A stretch of DNA of 64,000 bases from a virus. Each line of letters starts with the position of its first letter. The stretch's first letter is position 1. The DNA lies in the IMG/VR virus record IMGVR_UViG_3300025869_000011, positions 13,873 through 77,872 of that record, one strand, 5' to 3'. Under the pieces are notes generated by a model. That model searched no databases. It was not told the origin of the DNA and saw only the letters and a list, made by a program, of their open reading frames with translations. The position numbers and the translations under genes are program-made. This document shows positions 58,029 to 64,000 of this stretch, piece by piece.

Positions 58029-59237
58029 TTGAAGTATCTAAAATTATTTGAACAATTCCTAAATGAAAAGAAACCTAAAGGAGCACCAGACTTCCATCAT
58101 TCTGATGCACCTGATGCTGAAGGTAGATTTAAAGATCTTTCTATAAAAGATTTAGCCGCATGGTTAATTAAAACTAGAAAGAAAGATGTTAAAAAAATTA
58201 GTGGTTCTTTAACTCAGCAAATAGTTTTTAACAGAAAGAGTGACCCTAAGTATGCTGAAAAGATGGAGAAAACTAGAAAAGAAGTATATAAACAATTAGG
58301 TAGAGAAGATTTATTAAAAGAATCTGCTGATACTGAAAATGGTCTAGGCAAAGTTTATTTAGCATTAAGAGAAGATAGTGGACAAAGATGGTGGACTTAT
58401 AAAGGTTTTGCTGGAAATAAATTTTTTGTACAAGTTCATGAAAACAATATGAATGACATTGATATTAATCCAGACTATCCAGTTTTAACCTATCATTCAG
58501 ATACAGTTAATAAACTAATAAAGGCTGGTAAGATTAAAAAAGAAAATGTTTATAATCACCCAGACCACATATCAAAATCTGGATCTAAGGAAGAATTCCA
58601 TAAACTGGTTGGAGAAGATGAAAATATACCTAAGACAGTATATTCTAAGAATGATGCATTAGAGCAATTAGAATTTCCTATTATTGCAAAACCTGCAGAA
58701 GGTCATAGTGGAGAAGGTATTCAAATAATAGAAAAGCCAGATTTAATGGAAGAGGTGGACGAAAAGATTTTTGATACCTTTTCAGAATACATTGACAAGG
58801 CAGAAGAACATAGGTTTATAAACTTTAAAGGAAAGCCGATTTTTTGGATGGAGAGAACTCCTATAAATGAAAAGGCTAAGTCCGGTAAAGGTAGTGCTAA
58901 AGAAGCTATGGAGTTTGGATATGCTAAAAGAAATATTAAAGATTTACCTAAAGATTATAAAAAAGTATTAGAGAAGTTTTGTAAGATTTATGAAGATTTG
59001 CCTTATATGTGTTTTGATGTTATGAAAGGTAAAAATGGAAAGGTCTATATTATTGAATCCAATGCTCAGCCTGGAGTACCTTTTGATTCTACTATTGAAG
59101 CTTATAAACATATCTATGAAGATTTTTATAAGAAATCTCTTGACGAAGAAAGTTTAACTAAATTAAATGAATATGCTAAAACTATGATTGAAAAGACTCT
59201 TAAAAAAGATGGGGGCAAAAGATTTTCAATTAAATAG
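58029..59237 (+). CDS. ATP-grasp (RimK-like) ligase with capsid-targeting-like leader
   Basis: IPKT, FPIIAKP..GHSGEGI, EYID...EHR, FDVM, IIESNAQPG; TTG start after late motif at 58003; N-terminus MKYLKLFEQFLNE. Confidence 0.7.
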   Translation: MKYLKLFEQFLNEKKPKGAPDFHHSDAPDAEGRFKDLSIKDLAAWLIKTRKKDVKKISGSLTQQIVFNRKSDPKYAEKMEKTRKEVYKQLGREDLLKESADTENGLGKVYLALREDSGQRWWTYKGFAGNKFFVQVHENNMNDIDINPDYPVLTYHSDTVNKLIKAGKIKKENVYNHPDHISKSGSKEEFHKLVGEDENIPKTVYSKNDALEQLEFPIIAKPAEGHSGEGIQIIEKPDLMEEVDEKIFDTFSEYIDKAEEHRFINFKGKPIFWMERTPINEKAKSGKGSAKEAMEFGYAKRNIKDLPKDYKKVLEKFCKIYEDLPYMCFDVMKGKNGKVYIIESNAQPGVPFDSTIEAYKHIYEDFYKKSLDEESLTKLNEYAKTMIEKTLKKDGGKRFSIK

Positions 59238-59254
59238 AAAAAAGTTATTCAATA

Positions 59255-59295
59255 ATTTTCAGTTCCCAATTATTTGTATTATATTTATACTATAA
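59255..59295 (+). promoter_or_regulatory. Putative early promoter
   Basis: ATTTTCAGTTCCCAATTA-N6-TTATATTTATACTATAA. Confidence 0.6.
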
Positions 59296-59319
59296 CAGTT
59301 AATCTGTAAATAAAAACAT

Positions 59320-59853
59320 ATGCTTAACGATTTAGATATTCCTAAAGATTTTTATATAACTTCTGATACGTGGTTCGGTAGGCCGCAAATACTCCAAATA
59401 GCAAATAGGAGATTTAATGATATAGAAGAAATGAATGCTACTCTCATTAAAAATTGGAATAAAACGATAGGAAAGAATGATATTGTATTTCATCTAGGTA
59501 ATTTTGCATGGGATCCACAAACTGCTAGGCAAGTTTTAAAGAAGCTTAATGGTCAAATCTATTTTATGATAGGAAATTCTGATGATGCATTTTTAGATGT
59601 TCATCATGAATTTGATAATGTATCTGTTTTAGATGATCAAATTCTAGAAATGCCACAATTTGATTCTGTTATTTGCCATTATCCATTAGATGTATGGAAT
59701 GGTAAGGATTCCGGTACTATTCATTTTCACGGTCACACTGTATTTTCTCACAAGACAGATTTATCTAAAATGAATAGAGTAAATGTATGTACAGATTTTT
59801 GGAATTATACACCAGTAAATTATTTAACTATTAAAGATTTTATAAATGAGTAA
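59320..59853 (+). CDS. Calcineurin-like metallophosphoesterase homologue with substituted metal ligands
   Basis: TSDTWFG, MNATLIKNWN, HLGNF, GNSD, CHYP, HGHT. Confidence 0.75.
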   Translation: MLNDLDIPKDFYITSDTWFGRPQILQIANRRFNDIEEMNATLIKNWNKTIGKNDIVFHLGNFAWDPQTARQVLKKLNGQIYFMIGNSDDAFLDVHHEFDNVSVLDDQILEMPQFDSVICHYPLDVWNGKDSGTIHFHGHTVFSHKTDLSKMNRVNVCTDFWNYTPVNYLTIKDFINE

Positions 59854-60487
59854 AACAAAAAAGAAAACCTACAAAGAATTAGCGATTGAATTTAAAAAGA
59901 CTAGAAAAGAAAGTACTTACAATGAACTTTATCATAAGATGAGACCAGGACTATGGTCTTATGTAAATAATATTGTAAAAGATCCAACGATTGCTGATGA
60001 TATTGTATCTACAACTCTTACTACAGTATATTTAAAAATTGATCAATATAATGAAGACTATCAAATAACAACATGGGCGTATCGCATTGCTTATAATGAA
60101 AGTATAGGATGGATTAGGTTTAGAAATAAAAAAGTAAGTATGAATGTATTTACTGATGCTGGAATAGAACCACCAATGGAATCTTCGATGCCTTCTATGA
60201 AAGATGGTTTACATTTACCTAAAACTGAATCTGATTGGGAAGAAGAACAATCAACACTTGATGAACAGGTTAGAATGACTCATGAGGCAATAAATGCATT
60301 ACCTCCAATGTATAAAAGATTTATGGTAGAAAGATTCTTAAATCATAAATCATATTCTGATATATTGGATATAATGAAAGAGTTTGAAAAAGGAATAAAC
60401 TTACAGACAGTAAAGAATCGAATATTTAGAGGAAGGAAAATAGTTAAAAAACAGCTTCAAGGAATGAAACTGTTTGCCGAAGCCTAA
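59846..60487 (+). CDS. ECF-type sigma-70 factor (regions 2 and 4)
   Basis: ADDIVS..L..VY.KIDQY, ITTWAYRIAYN, AINALPP, SYSDI, TVKNRIFRGR. Confidence 0.85.
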   Translation: MSKTKKKTYKELAIEFKKTRKESTYNELYHKMRPGLWSYVNNIVKDPTIADDIVSTTLTTVYLKIDQYNEDYQITTWAYRIAYNESIGWIRFRNKKVSMNVFTDAGIEPPMESSMPSMKDGLHLPKTESDWEEEQSTLDEQVRMTHEAINALPPMYKRFMVERFLNHKSYSDILDIMKEFEKGINLQTVKNRIFRGRKIVKKQLQGMKLFAEA

Positions 60488-60511
60488 ATAGATAATAAAC
60501 AAAATAAAATT

Positions 60512-60964
60512 ATGTACATAAGTAAACTATATAACGAAATTAACATCTGGAAAAAAATAAGAAAGATAGTTAAATCGGAAGAAAAAGCATTAAACGAAAA
60601 AGGCTTTAGGATAGATTGGGTTGGCAGAGTTTATACTGTCATTAATTTACCTGAAGAGGTTGCAACTGCTCCAATTTCACAAGAAGGATATGTTTTAATG
60701 AAGTTAAGAGAACATGATCAATTTTTATTACAATTAGGTATTGCTGATTATGTATCACCTGAGTTTGAAAAAATCGAAGGTACTGATTCATTTCTTTTGG
60801 TACTATCCCCTGATCGTGATTATATGAAGCTTTGGCCTTTTTTAGTATCTGCATTTAAAACTACTGGTTTAATATTAATTCTACGATTACTTTATGTAAT
60901 CTTAGAACATAACCATGAAAAAAGTATGGAATTATGGAACAAGTTAACGACCCTAATATTCTAA
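60512..60964 (+). CDS. Hypothetical protein with C-terminal TM segment
   Basis: Hydrophobic stretch near the C-terminus. Confidence 0.55.
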   Translation: MYISKLYNEINIWKKIRKIVKSEEKALNEKGFRIDWVGRVYTVINLPEEVATAPISQEGYVLMKLREHDQFLLQLGIADYVSPEFEKIEGTDSFLLVLSPDRDYMKLWPFLVSAFKTTGLILILRLLYVILEHNHEKSMELWNKLTTLIF

Positions 60965-61170
60965 GAAAGCAAGTTGATAAAATTGACAAAGAACTTGATC
61001 AATTAGAAAAAGAAAAAGAAATAATTCAAAATGATTGCAAACACAAGGGAGAAACTTTTGTGCAATTTGATAAATCAAACTCTATGAAAAAGTATTGTTC
61101 TGATTGTAAAAGGGAATTAGGTTATCCTACAAAAGAAGAGCAAGAAACATTTCTAGGTAAAAAACAATAA
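60934..61170 (+). CDS. Small coiled-coil protein with CxH/CxxC motif
   Basis: CKH...CSDC. Confidence 0.55.
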   Translation: MEQVNDPNILRKQVDKIDKELDQLEKEKEIIQNDCKHKGETFVQFDKSNSMKKYCSDCKRELGYPTKEEQETFLGKKQ

Positions 61171-61171
61171 T

Positions 61172-61921
61172 ATGGCAACAGCTGAATCTTTAGCAACAAC
61201 AGAAACTATAAATGGTAAAAGATACTATAATATAGGAGAAGGTAAAAAATACCCATCAGTAACAACTATCTTAGGGGCAATGACAGATAAATCTGGAATT
61301 GACAAATGGCGAAAGCGAGTAGGTGATGAAGAGGCAGATAGAATTTCTAAGTTCTCCGCAAACAGAGGAACTGTAATGCATCAGTTTTGCGAATATTTTT
61401 TAGGCTCAGAAAAAGAAACTGTTAGAGAAAGATTAATGGAAGCACAAACTCTTATAGGGCCTTTCGTAGAAGAAAATGGTTTTACTGAAGCTGAAACTAA
61501 TGTAGGTAGAAAACTCTTTTTTAATTTTTATAATAATGAATGCTTTGATCGCATAGCCAAAGTAGTGTCTATAGAAGATACATTACATTCACCTCAGATG
61601 GGTGGTTATGCAGGTAGAGTTGATATAATTTATGAGAATAAGAAAGCCCATCTAGTCGTCTTAGATTTTAAATCTTCTAAGAAACCTAAAAGAGAAGATT
61701 GGATTGAAAATTATAAAATGCAAATTGCTGCATATTCCTTAGCATACTGGGAAATGAATGGCGTAAAACCTGAAGGTGGAGAAATTTGGATAAGCAACGA
61801 AGCAGATGCGTTTCCACAGATCTTTGAAATGTCATTTAAAGATATAACACTATACGGTAAGAAGTTTCTAGAATTAGTAAAGGGCTTTCATGAAAAGTAT
61901 CCATTAACCGAGAATATATAA
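61172..61921 (+). CDS. PD-(D/E)XK exonuclease
   Basis: YPSVTTIL, RGTVMH, AGRVD, LDFKSS, QIAAY. Confidence 0.85.
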   Translation: MATAESLATTETINGKRYYNIGEGKKYPSVTTILGAMTDKSGIDKWRKRVGDEEADRISKFSANRGTVMHQFCEYFLGSEKETVRERLMEAQTLIGPFVEENGFTEAETNVGRKLFFNFYNNECFDRIAKVVSIEDTLHSPQMGGYAGRVDIIYENKKAHLVVLDFKSSKKPKREDWIENYKMQIAAYSLAYWEMNGVKPEGGEIWISNEADAFPQIFEMSFKDITLYGKKFLELVKGFHEKYPLTENI

Positions 61922-61938
61922 AAAAACAAAAAATTCTC

Positions 61939-62226
61939 ATGTCAATCAAATCATTTAAAGATTTTATAAATGAAGACTTAGAACAAGTAAGGGACAAGAA
62001 AGTAAAACATCTTGAAGATACTGATCATAAAGACGGATCTAATAAAGAATTAGAAAAAGAGACTGAAGAGTACCTAGATAAAATCGCAGAAGATTGCCCT
62101 AGGTGTGGTGAAAATATAGAAGATTGTTTATGCGAAGAAGACGATGCTTGGTCAACTCAAAATTATCACAGAGTACCAAAAGGAACAGAACATAAAGCAA
62201 AACCTAAACAAGAATTTAAAAAATAA
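61939..62226 (+). CDS. Small acidic protein with capsid-targeting-like leader and Cys cluster
   Basis: MSIKSFKDFINE; CPRCGE...CLC; late motif at 61912. Confidence 0.55.
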   Translation: MSIKSFKDFINEDLEQVRDKKVKHLEDTDHKDGSNKELEKETEEYLDKIAEDCPRCGENIEDCLCEEDDAWSTQNYHRVPKGTEHKAKPKQEFKK

Positions 62227-62231
62227 AAACT

Positions 62232-62519
62232 ATGAATACATTTAATAAATTTTTCCATAATCATGGAATGAAGGTTCTTATAGCTGTAATGATTTTATCC
62301 TATTTTAAATCATGTAGCATTGATTCAGAATTAGAAAGAATTAAAAAGGACCAAAGAACATTAACTACAGAGATTGATACATTATCATCTCAAATTATAA
62401 ACGAGGAGGAAATGACTAAACTTATTAAAGAAGTCCCTGCTTGGAAAACTCTAAGAATTGAAGAAATTTCTGATAAAGAAAGAATTTCTATTAATGCATT
62501 AGAAGAAAAAGAAGACTAA
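62232..62519 (+). CDS. Membrane-anchored or lipoprotein-like coiled-coil protein
   Basis: Hydrophobic N-terminus ending KSC, then coiled coil. Confidence 0.5.
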   Translation: MNTFNKFFHNHGMKVLIAVMILSYFKSCSIDSELERIKKDQRTLTTEIDTLSSQIINEEEMTKLIKEVPAWKTLRIEEISDKERISINALEEKED

Positions 62520-62522
62520 TGA

Positions 62523-64000
62523 GTGGCTGGTAGAGTACCTATAATCCCAGGAGTTCCTACTCCGAGCGATCCGCAATGTGCATTAACTTATTGTGGTAGA
62601 ATTATCGCACAAGTAGATTGTATTAAATGGATAGTACAAGGTACTTCTGCATGCATTGATATTCAATTATTTGGTGCTAATGATAGACCACTTGATCTAG
62701 ATACTATATGTGATATACATATTCAATTAACAAATGAATTAGATTGTGTCGTTGCAAATTTCTGGTATCCTAATGTGCCATCAGGTTCAAAAGGATTCTT
62801 TATGGATGTTTTGCAATTTACTGATACATCAGGAGTAATTCATAATGAAGGATTAATTAGAATTTGTTTACCTGCAGATTGTACATATTCTTCACCAGGT
62901 AACATTTCAGCTGAAATTTTATTGACTGAATGTGCAAGTGGAAACACTGGAGATCCTACTGGAGTAGGCCCAACTGGTGAATTACCTACAGGATCTGCTG
63001 AAGTATTCGGTATAGCATGTTTATGGGTTGCTACTATAGTAGAATCTAAAATTGCTAAAAACGGTGGTGATAGTGGATGTTATCCTGGTTATGTTCCTGG
63101 TGGAGGTGGTTCAGGTGGCGGTGGTACTTCTGGTACACAAGGTGCACAAGGTGCACAAGGTACACAAGGGCCTGCTGGTTCTGGTGGTGGCGGTATTGGT
63201 ACACAAGGGGCCCAAGGCTTACAAGGTTCTACAGGAGCAGGTTCTCAAGGAGCTACCGGTTCCCAAGGAACCCAAGGCTTACAAGGTATAACTGGCGCAG
63301 GTACACAAGGTATTCAAGGTATCACTGGTTTACAAGGAACTACCGGTTCGCAAGGAGCTCAAGGTATAACTGGAGCTGGCTCTCAAGGCGTTCAAGGTAT
63401 AACTGGCCCACAAGGTATTCAAGGTATAACTGGTTCAGGTACACAAGGTATTCAAGGTATCACTGGTTTACAAGGTACACAAGGTATTCAAGGTATTCAA
63501 GGTATAACTGGAGCAGGGGCACAAGGTATCACTGGTTTACAAGGAACACAAGGTATTCAAGGTATAACTGGTTTACAAGGAACTCAAGGTATTCAAGGTA
63601 TAACTGGAACAGGAACCCAAGGTATAACTGGTTTACAAGGAACTCAAGGTATTCAAGGTATAACTGGTTCAGGTACACAAGGTATTCAAGGTATAACTGG
63701 AACAGGAACCCAAGGTATAACTGGTTTACAAGGAACTCAAGGTATTCAAGGTATAACTGGTTCAGGTACACAAGGTATTCAAGGTATAACTGGTTTACAA
63801 GGAGCTCAAGGTATTCAAGGTATAACTGGTTCAGGTACACAAGGTATTCAAGGTATAACTGGTTTACAAGGAACTCAAGGTATTCAAGGTATAACTGGTT
63901 CAGGTACACAAGGTATTCAAGGTATAACTGGTTTACAAGGAACTCAAGGTATTCAAGGTATAACTGGTTCAGGTACACAAGGTATTCAAGGTATAACTGG
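62523..64000 (+). CDS. Collagen-like fibre protein (3' truncated; absent from the ORF track)
   Basis: GTG start, open frame to the window end; Cys-rich N-terminal domain followed by G-X-Q/G-X-T triplets. Confidence 0.8.
   Translation, partial: MAGRVPIIPGVPTPSDPQCALTYCGRIIAQVDCIKWIVQGTSACIDIQLFGANDRPLDLDTICDIHIQLTNELDCVVANFWYPNVPSGSKGFFMDVLQFTDTSGVIHNEGLIRICLPADCTYSSPGNISAEILLTECASGNTGDPTGVGPTGELPTGSAEVFGIACLWVATIVESKIAKNGGDSGCYPGYVPGGGGSGGGGTSGTQGAQGAQGTQGPAGSGGGGIGTQGAQGLQGSTGAGSQGATGSQGTQGLQGITGAGTQGIQGITGLQGTTGSQGAQGITGAGSQGVQGITGPQGIQGITGSGTQGIQGITGLQGTQGIQGIQGITGAGAQGITGLQGTQGIQGITGLQGTQGIQGITGTGTQGITGLQGTQGIQGITGSGTQGIQGITGTGTQGITGLQGTQGIQGITGSGTQGIQGITGLQGAQGIQGITGSGTQGIQGITGLQGTQGIQGITGSGTQGIQGITGLQGTQGIQGITGSGTQGIQGIT
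63132..64000 (+). repeat. Collagen-like Gly-X-Y repeat with near-perfect 33/36-nt units
   Basis: GGTATTCAAGGTATAACTGGT followed by TCAGGTACACAA or TTACAAGGAACTCAA, alternating. Confidence 0.92.

Noticed and set aside
61172-61921. Cas4-like nuclease as a sign of a CRISPR system
   Set aside because: No Fe-S cysteine set, no cas neighbours and no array; it is an ordinary phage PD-(D/E)XK exonuclease
63529-63978. Minus-strand repetitive ORF (YLNQLYLEYL...) and + strand ORF 63052-63291
   Set aside because: Shadow frames of the collagen repeat; the Gly-X-Y frame from 62523 is the coherent one
63132-64000. Regular direct repeats that could look like a CRISPR array
   Set aside because: There are no unique spacers; units are multiples of 3 and encode collagen triplets
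1-64000. Stop-codon reassignment as seen in some large Bacteroidota phages
   Set aside because: Core genes are full length in the standard code, and TAA, TGA and TAG all end genes at sensible positions
1-64000. tRNA or rRNA genes
   Set aside because: No intergenic space with cloverleaf or T-loop signatures was seen by eye; tRNAscan was not run

Overview
The window is 64 kb of a large, very AT-rich T4-like myovirus genome, with almost every gene on the + strand in the standard genetic code. The host is probably Bacteroidota (inferred from the lack of Shine-Dalgarno sites, A-rich leaders and an Hc1 histone-like gene). It contains the T4-type replication and recombination core (clamp, clamp loader, only the C-terminal half of a family B polymerase, UvsX, helicase, gp46/47, RNase H, topoisomerase II) and the head, packaging and tail modules. 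It also carries two phage sigma factors (gp55-like and ECF-like), many sugar-handling enzymes and the start of a collagen-like fibre gene. The best candidate for a new system is a cytosine hypermodification pathway. It comprises a nucleotide-sugar mini-pathway, a BGT-like and a GT8-like glycosyltransferase, and a C5-methyltransferase-fold enzyme with intact catalytic motifs but an altered SAM pocket, all next to the clamp and polymerase, plus a distant dCMP-type thymidylate synthase homologue with a dNMP kinase. Other highlights are three promoter classes wired into an early > ECF sigma > gp55 cascade, an unannotated 21-aa 9-Cys metallothionein-like peptide, a likely +1 frameshift upstream of the tape measure gene, enzymes with T4-like capsid-targeting leaders, and a catalytically degenerate metallophosphoesterase. 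All family assignments come from motif recognition by eye; no searches were run.
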